Source of the DNA: Lama guanicoe
Taxonomy: Eukaryota
DNA: 64,000 nucleotides
NCBI GenBank assembly: GCA_013239625.1
Contig: MU053758.1
Coordinates: 3,225,854 to 3,289,853, forward strand
Reading direction: 5' to 3'
The notes beneath the pieces were generated by a model. It was given only the letters and a program-made list of their open reading frames with translations. It had not been told where the DNA came from and ran no database searches. Position numbers and translations under genes: made by a program. Below are positions 31,448 through 57,422 of the stretch, piece by piece. Position 1 is the stretch's first letter. Every line of letters starts with the position of its first letter.

Positions 31448-33639
31448 ATGCACATCTTTTTGACCTCTGAAATAGATTTTAGGTGATTTCCCCTCCTTTA
31501 TAACAAAGTATTTATAATTCAAATGAAAAATGTCTCCTGCTTCTGTCCTGCAATTGCTATGAAATATCTTTCTTACTCATGCAGTACTGAGTGTTTTCTT
31601 TCTTACTAAAATCAGATGCTCTCAAGACCTAGCAATATTTTGGACATGGGAGTTCTTTCATTGATTTTTAAAATTGAAAGTGGAAATAATAAAAGTCCTG
31701 CAGAACTTGCATAGCAATTTAACTAAAATTAATGAATATGTGGCAATGACCAAAAATGATTCGTATTGAGATTTCTTGCTTTAGTCCAGGAGCAGAATGT
31801 CCATTCAACTAACTTTTGAGTCTCTAAATTGTTCATTTTCTACCTCAAAAATATGGCTTAGTGGTTTTTTTTTTTCAGTTTTCATGTATGTATTTAAGGC
31901 AATGTAAGTTATTTTGAGAAGGGAGCTTCATGTTGGTGAGTAGGGAGAAAAGTATATGAAAAAGGGGAGTGTTTTCATCTCTATCTAGAGAACCATAATT
32001 ATTGGTTCTCTAGATAGAAGATTAGGTGTCGGTGGTAAACAGACTTCCTCTTCTTGCCTTGATGCCTATGGGAAGTTATCCCGTCTGGTCCTTCTTTTCC
32101 CTGTTGGGCAAATGAAAATAATAACATTGAATAGTCTCAGATGAATGTTGAGCAGTTCCAATAATTAATGACTACAAAACAGTCTGAAGGGCACAAACAT
32201 TGTGTAAATGTTAATTATTTAAATTATTATGATAAACTGGACACGTCATACAGGGTCCGGCCTCTATGACTTAGAATGGTACAAATTGATTGGTTAACTG
32301 ATCATGGGTTCAGAGAGTTTTGAAACAGTCATTTTTCTGGCAGAGATTTCTCAATGTTGTGGATATTGAATACTTTGAAAAACATCCAACATTATTATCC
32401 CCCCAAAGATATGGAATATTTGGCAGACCAGAATCCATAAAAACCCATCATTTTGGACCAAAAGTACTTAAAACTATTTAAAGTAAAAGTGTAATTCAGA
32501 TCCTTGGTCCATGTTTAGAACAATGTGTGATGAGTCAAGAGATGCAGTTCATCTTCAGAGACTTGTAGTGACCTGGTCAAAATTTTAATCTTTTGCTCAG
32601 GTTTCCCACGAATAAAACAATAAAAACAGAGTATGTCGTCAGTGGAGTAGTTGATAAGTCTTGAGTTTCTTGGATAAGAGGTATTATGAGCCTGCAAAGT
32701 GTTATTAATGTAATCTACTTATCTCTAGATATTTTGTAAATACCAATTAACTTATAATCTTTGGTGTAGTAACTTAAGCATATGTTATTAGAAGCCTTGT
32801 GGAGATGAGTTGGCTGGGAAGCTAAGTGGCCACACACATCACAAAGAATTTTGAAATCAAAGCAGGACTGGAATGTATGATGCTCAACTCAGTGAAACAT
32901 TGTCATCTGTTTACTGAAATCTCTTCAATTTTCTTAATCTGAGATTTCTCGCAAACTAATAATTGCTACAAAAGTTTAGGTGTGCTTTAGTCCTTTCTGG
33001 AAGTGGAGTTTAGAGTTAACAAATTCTCCAGGTCATTTCTGCCTGTATGTTTCTTCCCTGAGAGTGGTTATTTTATTCACGGTAAGAAATGCATATTTAA
33101 CTGCAAGTCATTAGCATTTCTTGAGAATCTGTTGGGTATTAGAACATTCATTATATAATGAGCCTATGGTGGGTTCTCAGAAATAACTGACTCGCGTTAA
33201 CCTTTAAGTTACGCAGTGTTCGTGTCTGCTTATCTCAGGATAAAGTTGTTCCTCACATTATCTTGTTCTAAGGATCGTGCGCTGATTTTTCCCTTGATAA
33301 ATTTAGCGTTTAGTTTCAAACGGGCTTCCATATCTTTTGCTGTTGTTTAACATTCACATTCTATGCTTCTGTTAGCCAAGTTAAGAAATGTGCATTTCTT
33401 GAATGTGAATGAGTTTTGTTTTGTCACTAGATTTCTAGTTTTTGTTCTGAGAATCAATTCTGGTTGTGCTAATTACTCTCACCAAATGGCTTCCCTGGTT
33501 TCTTTGAGAAAGAGACTCTGACAACTGCTTAATGTGAAACTGATTGGAGTTAGAATGCACTTAGTTTTTTTTATCCCTTCTCTTGCTAGAAGGTAGAAGC
33601 ATGAGGTTCTCACTAGCATGGAATTATGTTAAGCACACA

Positions 33640-33840
33640 CGCTCTGAGCCAGACTGCTTGGATTAGTTTTCTAGAAACTCCTGTTACCACCTGTGTGACC
33701 TTGGGCAAATTACTCAACCACTCTCTGCCTCAGTGTCCTTAACTATAAAAAGAGGATGATAATACCTCATGGGGTTGTTGTGAGAGTTAAATGATGCTTA
33801 GAACAGAGCCTAGCACATAGTATAAGTGTCGGTTATCACT
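33640..33840. mobile_element. MIR
   Basis: Core tgtgtgaccttgggcaaattactcaaccactctctgcctcagt. Similar MIR fragments lie near 4700, 13500, 23290, 26780, 42200 and 61800. Confidence 0.75.
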
Positions 33841-33889
33841 ATTTTTAGTTTTCTCCTGAAAGTTATGTTGAAAAGTCCTGGCTATATTC

Positions 33890-36630
33890 TTGGTTTCATT
33901 GCCCGTTGCTTTTGGTGTCAAATCCAAGAAATCATTGCCAAGACCAATCTCAGGAAGACTTCCTCTATGTTAGGTCTTTAATCTATTTTGAACTGATTTT
34001 TGTGTCTAGTGTAGAGTAGGGGTCCAGTTTTACTCTTTTTACATATGGATATCCAGTTTTCCCAAAACCATTTGTTGAAGAATCTACCATTTTCCGATGT
34101 TGTATCCTTGACCCCTTGTCAAAAGTCAGTTGACTGTACACGTGTGGGTTTAGTTCTGAGCTTTCTATTCTGTTCCATTGACCTATGTCTGTCTTTATAC
34201 CAGTACCATACTGTTTTTTCCCATTGCAGTAAAATACACAGAACGTAAAATTAGCATTGAACCATTTTTAAGGGTACAGTTCAGTGGCATTAAATACATT
34301 CACAATGCTGTGCAACCAATATCCGTCTCCATAACTATTTTCATATTGTAAAACTGAAACTCTATACCCATTAAACAATAACTCCCCATTTCTTCCTCCT
34401 CCCAGCCCCTGGCAACCACCATTCTACTTTCTCTATCACTTTTACTACTCAAGTACCTCATGTAAGTGGAATCACGCAGAATTTGTCTTTTTGTGACTGG
34501 CTTATTTCACTTAGCATCATGTCCTTAAAGTTCATCCGTGTTGTAGCATCTGTCAGAATTTCCTTGCTTTTTAAGGTCACATAATATTTCATTGTATGTA
34601 TGTATCGCCTTTTGCTTAATCCATTCATCTCTCGATGGACACTTGAGTTGCTTCCACGTTTTAGTTATTGTGAAAAATGTTGCGGTGAACATGACTATGA
34701 AAATACCTCTTCAAGACCCTTCTTTCAATTCTTTTGGGTATTTACCCAGAAGTGGAATTGTTGGATCAGACAGTAATTCTGTTTTTAATTATTTAAGGTA
34801 CTGCAGTAGTAGTGTTTTCTGCAGGAGCTGTACCATCTTACATTCCTACCGACAGTGCACAAGGGTTCTGATTTCTCCACATTCTCACAACACTGGTTAT
34901 TTTCTATTTTTTTGATAGTAGCCATTCTAATGGGTGTGAGGCTGTATCTCATTGCAGTTTTGATTTGCATTTCCTAATGATTATGATGTTGAGCCTCTTT
35001 TCATGAGTTTATTGGCCATTTGTATATCTTCTGTAATGTTTTAATTACTGTAGCTTTGTAATGTATTTTGAAATTTGAAAGTATGATGCCTTCAGCTTTG
35101 TTCTTTCTCAAAACTGCTTTGGCTATTAAGAGTCTTTTGTGTTTCCTTATGAATTTTTGAATCATTTTTTTCTATTTCTGTAAAAAAATGCCATTGGGAT
35201 TTTGATAGGGATTGTTTGACTATGTAGATAATGTTGGTAGTATAGACATTTTAACAATATTAATTCTTCCAATCTATGAACATAGATGTTTTCCCATTTA
35301 TTTGTATCTGCTTTATTTCTTTTATCAATGTTTTACAGTTTTCAATGTACAAGTTTTTTCTCTCTTCAGTTAAGTTTATTCGTCCAAGTATTTTATTCTT
35401 TTTGATGCTGTTGTAAATGAGATTGTTTCCTTAATTTTTTTGGGATAATTTGTTACAATATAGAAATGCAGCTGATTATTTTTCTGTTGATTTTGTATCC
35501 TGCAACTTTGCTGAATTTATCAGTTCTAATAGTTTTTGATAAAGTCTTTAGGGTTTTCTGTATATAAGATCATGTCATCTGCAAACAGAGGTAATTTTGC
35601 TTCTTCTATTCTGATTTGGATGGCTTTTATTTTCTTTTTATTGTCTAATTGCTTTGGCTAGGGCTTCCAGTACTATACTGAATAAAAATGGAGAGGGTGG
35701 ACATGATCTTCGAGGAAACGCTTTAAGTTTTCCACCACTGAGTCTGATGTTAGTGTGAAATTGTCATATATGATCTTTATTATGTTGGGGTACATCCTTC
35801 TATATCTAATTTGCTGAGTGTTTTTATATGCAAGGGCTGGAATTTTGTCAAATGTTTTTTCTGCATCTATTGAGATGATCGTATGATTTTTCTCCTTCCT
35901 TCTGTTAATGTAGTGTATCACATTTATCAATTTGTGTATGTTGAACCGTCTTGTATACAAGGGATAATAAATCCCATTTGATCATGGTTTATGATCCTTT
36001 TAATGTGCTGTTGAATTTGTTTGCTAATATTTTGTTGAAGATTTTTGTGTCTATGTTCACCAGGGATATTGGTCTGTAATTTTCTTGTAGTGTCTTTGTC
36101 TGGCTTTGGTATCAGAATAATGCTGGCTTTGTGAAGTGAGTTTAGAAGTTTTCCCACTTCCTTAATTTTTCTGAAAGAGTTTGAGGAGGATTGGCATTAA
36201 TTCTCCTTTAAATATTAGAATTCACCAGTGAAACCACCTAGTCCTGGGCTTTTCTTCACTGACAAGTTTGCAATTACCAATTCAATCTCCTTACTTGTTA
36301 TCGATCTATTCAGATTTTCTATTTCATGATTCAGTCTAGGTATGTGGTATGTTTCCAGGGATTTCTTTCTTCTAGATTATCCAGTTTGTTGGCATATAAA
36401 TATTCTAGTATTCTGTTATGATTCTCTTGTTATTCAGTTTGTTGGCGTATAAATGTTCTAGTGTTCTCTTGGCATCAGTTGAATGTCTCCTCTTTCATTT
36501 ATAATTTTATTTGAGTCCTCTCTCTTCTTGGTTAGTCTAGTTAGAGATTTGTCAATTTTATCTATTCAAAAAAACAACTCTTAGTTTTGTTGATCTTTTG
36601 TATTGTTCTAGTCTCTATTTATTTCTGATT
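33890..36630 (-). mobile_element. Degraded L1 ORF2 (RT region) with a nested L1M 3' end (about 34225-35035)
   Basis: Minus-strand ORF pieces ASIILIPKPDKDTT, QQHIKRIINHDQMGFI and HTIISIDAEKTFDKI are L1 ORF2 reverse-transcriptase motifs. Confidence 0.9.
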
Positions 36631-36939
36631 CTTCAATTCCTTATTTCCACTTCTGTGAGCATGTTACACAAGGTGATTGGATTTTGTTAGCTGTTTTATT
36701 CTCGTTGCTGGTGCTTAGCGTGTGTTCAACAAGTATTTATTGAAGGAAGGAAGGTTTAGAATTTTACAAAGACGTGAAAAAGACACCAACTAGTTTGCCT
36801 GTTAGACTTACTCTTAGCTTGCAAAGACCATTATATTAAAAGGAAGAAATTAAAAACAAATTCAGCTCCCATTGGGGGGTATATTTATAATGTAAAGATT
36901 GACCAGAACCAGTGAGGATGACTTGCAACAGGAAGAACT

Positions 36940-36945
36940 TTTATT
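36940..36945 (-). terminator. KRT27 polyadenylation signal
   Basis: AATAAA (minus) about 155 nt after the stop codon. Confidence 0.65.
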
Positions 36946-37097
36946 GAAACACCACCATAAAGAAAGCCAAAGAAATGTTACTATTCTAAAAATAACTTGT
37001 CTTAGTTCATTGGAAGAAAAGCAGAAAAATAAGAGGGCTCTTATTTAGGAACCTAGCTTCGACCTGACATCTGGATTTAGGGGCACCCTTTTTGGGG

Positions 37098-41476
<4,379 letters not shown>

Positions 41477-41551
41477 GGTGTCCAGACTGCCGCGCTTGTT
41501 CCTAGAGGTAAGCTCTGACGGCAAATGTCCTACTCAGAGTTTTCGTTTGCC

Positions 41552-41810
41552 TTTATATACGCACCATCTGGGTGTTTCTTGATGAACTATGCTACTCTTA
41601 GCAAAATGATGTTTGCCAGCTCATTCTGAATTATTCATAATTGGGTGTTTGTTTGTTTTGTTTTGTTTTGTTTAAATTAATGCCTTTACCCTAGTGTGCC
41701 CATTTCTGTAGGTGGGTAGTTGCCTTGGGGTTATTTGCTATCTCCAAAATGGAAAAGGGAGGAGTATTATCAAGATTATTATAGTGATGTATTTCAAATT
41801 TAATGAGTAA
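41552..41810 (-). promoter_or_regulatory. KRT27 proximal promoter
   Basis: TATATAAA 41552-41559; CATAATTGGGTG 41636-41647; CTATCT near 41738; TGAGTAA 41804-41810. Confidence 0.7.
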
Positions 41811-43949
41811 TCCTGCCTGTCTTCCAGGCTTTAGGACTATAAAATTCCTCTAAGAGGAAAAAAGTGTGATAAACAAATTTCTTTTTCCTTTGCTTAGTTC
41901 AAACCAACACCATTGCATTTTCTCCAGTAAGTGAGCCATCAGAGGCATGGTTTTCTATGGATAATGATGATCTTTCTTTCATATATGTTGAAAGTAATTT
42001 CAAGACCATGAGTTTATGGTACCAGAGGAAGGAAGCCAGATCCTAAACGGAAATTGAGGAATTAAATGGACTCTTGTTTGGAAACTGAAAAATCTCCCCT
42101 TGATCCTTATCCCTCCTGAGTTACCATTCCATCTTTATTGGTTTTCTGTCTAAGCTCTGTTGTTGACCAGGTTAAGTAATGGTACTGGTTAACTGCTATA
42201 GGCCTCAGTTTCCTCATCTGTAAAATGAGGGGACTAGACTATGTTCCCTTTCTGTTTCTAGATTTCTTATATTTTTACATCTCCATCTCTTCCTTTCATT
42301 ATTTCTAGAAAAAAATTTCTACATTCACTTCCTCCACTTTTCACTTCCTACTCCGTCCTGAATTTTGGTCTCACCCCTTGACTGAAATTTATCTCACAAA
42401 GATTGCTAACGACCCTGCGTCTCCAATCCAGCCATCATTTTTCATATTTATTCTCCTGCACCCTCTCGGACACGTTTGATACTGACCACTCCAGTCTTTA
42501 CTGAGTTTTAAACAACTGCTTTCTGAGAATATAGCTGCATCTCTCTTTACATCTCCCCAGCTTCTGAAAGAATGGTCTAAATTGGGTCATTTCTTACAGT
42601 TTTGTACTTGGCACTTTTTTTCCTATCCACTCTTGCTTGGTGACCTCATCCTTTCTTGTGGCTCTGGCTCTATGTGCATGACTTCTAAATATGCATCCTC
42701 AGCAACGGCTTCTTCCCCTTTCTAGACACATACCTTACTATGCCCATCAGACATTTCTATTTGGATGTCCTGTCATGACTTCCAACTCAGCGTTCCATCA
42801 CCTGTCATCTCACTCTGATTTTTTGCATCTCTGTTCATTATTTGCTGGTGGAACTAACATCTCACAATTACTGAGAAAATTTTCATTGCTGTCATTTTTC
42901 ACCATCTGTGTCCAAGAACTCACTAGGTCCTATTGACTCTACTCTTGCAGGTTCTCTTGAAGCATTTCCTCTTTTCTATTTTCCTTGTCACTATCATTTT
43001 CTTTCAGTTCAGTTATTAGAACCTTAATTGGGTTTTTGGTTTCAAGCCTTTTTCCTTTCCATCATGGTCAGTAGGCAGGTCAGTAGGCCAGAGGTACCGT
43101 TCCTGAAGTACACCACCATTCATGTAATGGAAGGAAGCTGGACTCTTCAAGCAGATATGTCAGCATTCATATATCCGCTCTGTCATTTTCTAGCTGTGGC
43201 ACTAGTGGAAAATTCATTCTCTCTAAGCTTAGGCTTTTCATTACCAAGATTGAGACATTACTTCTGTTGTTCAGAGGCTATTAAATGATGATTAAATGTG
43301 TAAAGCAACTATGCTTAATACGTGGTCCGTGGGTATTTCATTCCTTTCTCTATTCTCCTCCAGTTTAAATCCATCAACCACGGACTAGGTGAAGCTCCTT
43401 TGCCTAATATTTAAGACTCTTCTTGTTGTGACTTCTACCTACCTGACTTGTCCATTCTTTTATTTTACTCCCCTCCTCCCACTCCCCGCTTTTGACCTTT
43501 ATTCATATTGTTCTCTCCATTTGGACCACTTAAGATCTCGAGATCTTGCATTTGCCAAGAATGACTGCCATCACTTTGAGTGATGTACATTGAAAAGAAA
43601 TTGCTAAAAATAGAAATTTGTGTGAGCTATTCAGTGAATTTGCAGAAAAGCAAACCAGAAAAAAATCTGTTGATCAATCAAGAAATCACATGAATAAAGC
43701 ATTATAATTTATTGTACATAAAATTAGGACATCAAAAAATTTTTTTTTGCAATTTGTAAGTTTCTGTTATTATATGTGTATCATTATTACCTCTATCATA
43801 TCATAGTAATAAAATATTTTTAAAGAAAAATATTCATGCTTTAGTACCTGTAACTGGCTTTTTCCTGAATTTGAGCAAGGAGCCCAACATTTGCATTCTG
43901 CACTAGGCCCTGAAAATTATGCCAGCTCTGGTTATTGGGGCGTTCTCTA

Positions 43950-45620
43950 GAGCTGAAAAGATCCTAGAGAAAAGAATTCCAGATGCAGGTGTTTGAATGT
44001 TTCCCACAAAAGGAAACACCACACAATCATACACACACACACACATACAGAGCTTTCAAATATTTACTCTTTACTTTACTCTTGAAGATGAACAGAATTT
44101 CGAAGATCACCTTACACTGAAAAACACTTCAACATGAATGACAAAGATTCAAGCAAGAAGCCAAAAATAGCACTTGGGAAACAGAGACAATATAGGAAGC
44201 AGAAGAAAACATTTTAAAAGAAACTTATCTGTAATTAATACCCTTAGAAGTAACAGAAATGCTGTATATTTGAAATATGAATAGGATATCATTAAAACTG
44301 AACAGCAGAGCATGAGACAAGCTCTTGGAATTAAAAGCTAACTTCCACTACCAAATGTCAACGGATTGGTTGAAAAATAAACTTAAAAAACAGATCTCCC
44401 CAACAGTAGAACAAATGAGAGAGGAATAATAAAATGACTCTGCTTAGGCTAATTCCTGGCCTTATACTTGCCTTTTGCTTTTAAAAGGGTCAGCAGATCT
44501 GACTAACCGGACACTGCCTGCAGCCCCAGGCCTGCTGTTACAACTGGAGTTACTAATTTTCCTGTTTGTTTTACCTTACTCTGGCAATTGAAATTTACAA
44601 TCATGTTTGGATTTTGAGTCATTCCCCCAGAAAGGGAATCACCGGACGACAACCTCAGGAGAGGAACCAGACCCTCCGAAGTCCCTCCTGATGCCTGATG
44701 AGTCTCATCAGATAAAGAAAGTCGCAGGCTGATGACCCTCCAGACCACCGGACGGTCCCATGAAGTTGGACAGATTCGCCAACATTTAGGAGGAAGTGTC
44801 ACCAGAGACACTTGTTGATTGATATCCCCTTTTACTCTCCAGTTTGCTCACTATGTGATCACTAAGCCTCAACCCTAAGACGGGCTCACAGTTTTGAAGG
44901 TACTAGCCTGGTGTGAGTCCTCTTTGCCCAGCAAAATAATAAAGCTGCCTCTTTTCTTCTAAGCTCCAAGACCTTGTCTCTGGGTTATTTGACTTGTCAG
45001 GGACGGGGGCTGATCTTTCGGCAACACAAAGGGCAAAAAGAAACGTAAAAGAAAAGATGAGAAAATGAGAGGCTTGACCCAAAAAGAACAATCTTAAGGA
45101 GGATTTTCAGAAATAGAGAAGGGAGAAATGAAATAATTTTATAAATATATTCTAGAGTACTACTCAGATTGAAAGTACTACTCAGATCGAAAGATCGAAT
45201 ATAAACATATTCTAGAGTACTACTCAGATTGAAAGGAGCTTCTAATTGGAAAAAGACCATGAATAATAAACGAAAAAGAACCACAGCAAGGCACGTGCAC
45301 AGGTGATCCTAGAGAACCGTGGAGAAAAAGAGAACGCTTAACACTTAAAGTGCCGGAAGAAAAGACAACACATCTCCAAGACTGGCGAAATTAGAATGGC
45401 TCAGGGCTTCTCAACAGCTCTGGAAGCCACGATTCCAGTAAAGAATACCTTCAAAATTCGAACTGAAAATGATGTTTGACCTAAAATTCTCTATTCTGGC
45501 AATTAATCATGAGCGAGGATGGAATAGAAATGTTTCTGGACAGAAGAGTTCTCAAAAAATACCTCCCTTGCACATTCTGTCAGGAAGGCACAAGAGGGAA
45601 AAATGAACAAGAAAAGGGAA
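43950..45620 (+). mobile_element. Old L1 ORF1-region remnant with a nested ERV LTR fragment (about 44430-45025)
   Basis: ORF1 C-terminal-like gaataccttcaaaatt...ctaaaattct; LTR 3' end AATAAA...ctttcggcaaca. Boundaries are approximate. Confidence 0.55.
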
Positions 45621-46372
45621 AAGTTAAGATCCAGGGACTGGGATTCCACTACAAGGTGCATTGAACCAATGTCCCTGATGATAGCTGGGTAGCAGGTCTA
45701 AAAGCCAAATAGCCCATTTTTAGTAGGAGGTTGGAGGATTCTAAGAGTGAGGTCTTCAAGGGGTAGACAAAAATGATTGATGATTTTGGTCATGTAAGAA
45801 AGAGGCATGTGAGATTAAGATACATAGATCCCGGTTAGTGAAAAATTAGAAAAATATTGTTTGTATGAAGCACAAAAAATTGTCCAAAAAACCACAGTAC
45901 CACTGACACAATGAGCACTATTTCAATGCTGAACTTTAATTTGACCAGATCTAATTTATAGCTGTATTAGGAAGAGGAGGAAGGTGGAAAAAGCTTAAAC
46001 TATCAATTTCCTGTGAAGAGGCTAATACATAATGTCTAAAATAGATAAATCAAGAAACATTGGCAAATGCACATTATTTAAAAATGTAGAGATGAAGATG
46101 ATAAGAAGGAGCTCAAAGAGTTTCAAGTGGTTTCCCATAGAAAGCAGGGCTTGTGGTACAAGAAGGTAGGGAACAAAAGACTACTATTCTTTGTTTTGAC
46201 TTTTAGTACAATTTGACTTTTGAAACAAAGTGCATTCATTATCTGATAAGAAGTAAAGTAATTTAAAAATAATGACAACCCCAAACTGCTCAAATGTACA
46301 TCAGAGGTTTAACTGTAAAATTTACAAAGTTGGTACAGAATCCAATTTAAAAAAACAGGAACTATAATATTT

Positions 46373-47279
46373 CCATGTATAGTTTTGATTTGCATTTCTC
46401 TGATAATTAGTGATATTGAGCATTTTTCCATGTACCTATTGATCATTTGTATGTCTTGCTTGGAGAATTGCTTGTTTAGGTCTTCTGCTCATTTTTGGAT
46501 GGGGTTGTTTGTTTTTTTCTTATTAAGGTGTGTGAGCTGCTTATATATTCTGGAGATCAAGCCTTTGTCGGTTTCATCTTTTGCAAAAATTTTCTCGCAT
46601 TCCATAGTTTGTCGTTTTGTTTTGCTTATGGTTTCCTTTGCTGTGCAGAAGCCATGTATAGTAGTTAAATAAGGCTAGATACTTTGGCTTTTTTTTTTTT
46701 GCTTCTTTTTAAAAAACTTTATTTATTTGTTTTATTGAAGTATAGTTGGTTTCCAATGTTGTGTTAATTTCTAGTGTACAGCATAGTGATTCAGTTATAC
46801 ACATATATATTTTTTCTCACATTTCTTTTCCATTATAGACTCTTATAAGATATTGAATATGTAGTTCCCTGAGCTCTACAGTAGGACCTTGTTGTTTATC
46901 TATTTTATATGTAGTAGTTAAGACTAAATATTTTGAAATGCCCTTCCAGCATAAAATACTCTGATGCTGGATAAATTACCCTAAATGTCCTTTTTTAAAT
47001 TTAATTTTAATTTTTTAAAATTGAGGTATAGTCAGTTTGCAATGTTGTGTCAATTTCTGGTGTACAGTACAATGCTTCAGTCATACATAAATATACATAT
47101 ATTCATCTTCACTAAATGTCCTTTTAAAAAAAATTCCACTAATTTTTAGTGGGATAGATAATTAGATTTATTTATTTATTTTTAGAGGAGGTACTGGGGA
47201 TCAAACCTAGGACCTCATGCATGCTAAGCAGGCTCTCTACCACTGAGCTATACCTTCCCTTACCTCTAAGTGTCCTTTT
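46373..47279 (-). mobile_element. Cluster of three L1 fragments and one SINE
   Basis: L1 ORF2 piece 46384-46651; L1 3' ends about 46690-46918 and 46995-47111; SINE 47126-47265; flanking direct repeats are visible. Confidence 0.85.
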
Positions 47280-47324
47280 AAATTCATTACTAAGCTCTCT
47301 TTACTACACTGTCTCCATTGTCAA

Positions 47325-47955
47325 CCAGTGGGTTGTGCCACGTACAGTTCTGATTCAAATTCCATTGTATGGATTTTCCCCCCAACACCAGGCAATTCTC
47401 TATCGCTCAGTTCTGACACTATCTGCCTTGAGATAACTCTGGATTCCACAGGTAAAGAGTTCACTCCTACAAGCCTGCTCCACCTACCCCAGTTCAGACC
47501 TCAGTGTCAAGTCCAGGTTGTCACTTGTGTTTCTGACCCATAGGCTATCGGCTGGAGGTTCCCATGAACCCCTCTTTGGGTTTGATTAATTTGCTAGAGT
47601 GGCTCACAAGAGAAGCGTTTTACTTAGTAAATTACTGATTTATTATAAAAGGATATAACTCAGGAACATCTAGGTGGAAGAGATGTATGAGGAAAGGGTA
47701 GGAGCTTCCGTGCCCCCTCCAGGTGCGCCATTCTCCCCAAACCTCCATGTGTTCACCAACCTGGAAGCTCTCCAAACCCCTTTCTTTTGGGTTTTATGGG
47801 GGCTTCATGACATAGGCATGATTGATTAAATCATTGGCCATTGGTGGTTAAACTCAGCCTCCAGCACTTTTCCCCTCTCAGAAGATGGAGGGTAGGAGGT
47901 GAAGCTGAAAGTTCCAACCCTCTAATCACATGGTTGTCTCCACTGTCAACCACCT
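47325..47955. mobile_element. MER21-like LTR (family by recall)
   Basis: cagttctgacactatctgcc...gattaatttgctagagtggctcaca...aagttccaaccctctaatcac motifs. Confidence 0.7.
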
Positions 47956-48287
47956 CTGTCCCAGCTGGCTTCATACGTTGTACAGCTGGGAAATTATTTC
48001 CCCATGAATTTCTAGTATTTGCTTCGTTTTATGACTTTGGCTCAAGGTTTTGTACATAGCCCATCCTTCGCCCCTTCTTTGAACTCCCATTAACTGGTGG
48101 GTTGTTTGGCAGACTTGCTGCCCTCACTGGAGCATCCTGTTAGAACCAGTTCTCATATTAGAGATGTATTGACAGCCGTTCTTCTTTTAGGGAATTTCAT
48201 ATTTGATGGGAATCCTTACCATACATTTTGATCCAGAAAGTCAGAGAGACATGTTTATCAACCTCATGAGACTTTAAGTTCTAGAAC

Positions 48288-48611
48288 AGCTGTTGACGAG
48301 TTCATTTGGTCTGCTACCTGTTTTTGTACAGCCTATGAGCTAAGAATGGTTTTTAAATACATGTTTAAATGATTGGAAAAAAAAACCAAAAGAAGAGTAA
48401 TGTTTCATGACACATTGAAAGTATTTGCCATTCAAATTTCAATGTCCATAAATAAAACTTTATTAGAACGTAGTCAGGCTCTTTGGCTTATCTATAGTTT
48501 ATGGTTGCTCTCTGCTGCAATGGCTGAGTTGAACAATAGTTGAAGTAGAGAACTTAAAGAGCCTAAAATATTTACCATCTGAGCCTTTACGAAAAAGTTT
48601 GCCAACCTCTG
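48288..48611. mobile_element. hAT-Charlie MER58-like DNA transposon
   Basis: gagctaagaatggttttt...aaaatatttaccatctgagcctttacgaaaaagtttgccaacctctg; TCTAGAA on both flanks. Confidence 0.7.
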
Positions 48612-49025
48612 ATCTAGAAAAAAGGTCATTGGAATGAGGATCATTGCTATGGCTCTTTCTAGAGATGATCCTGATTCTCTGGGATGAATAGCTATCCTGA
48701 ACAGTATCCAAATCTCCAGAAGAGTTTGAGATAAACTCATAGGTGAAACACCAGGAACGCGCCATCTAGCGGTGGAACTTTCAATCACAGGAGATTTTTC
48801 TAAAATTTTCCAGATTATTTGCTCAGGCAAAAATGGTGAGATTTAAAGATTCTGCCTAGTGAATGTTTAATATTTAAATGCCATGTGGTATTGACTATTT
48901 TAAAAAAACTAGAGCAAAAGTCATTTAAAATATATTCCATAAATGTCTCCCTATGAATTAGACACAGAAAAAAACCTCAAATAATGATTAGTCATGAATA
49001 AATGGATATGTCCACATCACCTTTT

Positions 49026-49120
49026 TTTATTTATTTGAAAACAGACACCCAACTTCCTATAAAAAGTAACTAAGAAAACAGGTAAGTAACTTATCTCTAA
49101 GAGTAGAAAGTGTTTTTATT
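49026..49120 (-). terminator. KRT28 candidate polyadenylation signals
   Basis: AATAAA (minus) at 49115-49120 and overlapping copies at 49026-49035. Confidence 0.55.
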
Positions 49121-49193
49121 ATCTCCTTGATATTTAGAAGAAAGCAGTTTTGCATGCTCTTTCCCCAAATGATCCTTTTCTCAAAAATAACAG

Positions 49194-57107
<7,914 letters not shown>

Positions 57108-57194
57108 AGTAGTGTGAGAAATGTTCGCCTTGTCTGTGGATAGCTGGAACTTCAAAGGAGAACAGAATGTTGTGTGCTGATGGCTTCTTTGGGC

Positions 57195-57422
57195 TTTTAT
57201 ACACAATTATCAGGGTGTTTCTATTTGAGTGAATGCGTGCCAAAAGAAAAAAAGGCATCATTCAGATTAGCATGAAATTATGTATAATTAGGTGATTTTT
57301 TGGGGGGGTAAATTAATGCCTAACATCTCTGGCTGTTGCTTCAGGATATTTGTTATCATAAATATAATAGGGTTCATTCTATATTAAGTTCATTATTTTA
57401 ACTTCTAATTTTGGATGAGTAA
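57195..57422 (-). promoter_or_regulatory. KRT28 proximal promoter
   Basis: TATAAAA 57195-57201; TATAATTAGGTGATTTTT 57283-57300; TTATC near 57353; TGAGTAA 57416-57422. Confidence 0.7.
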
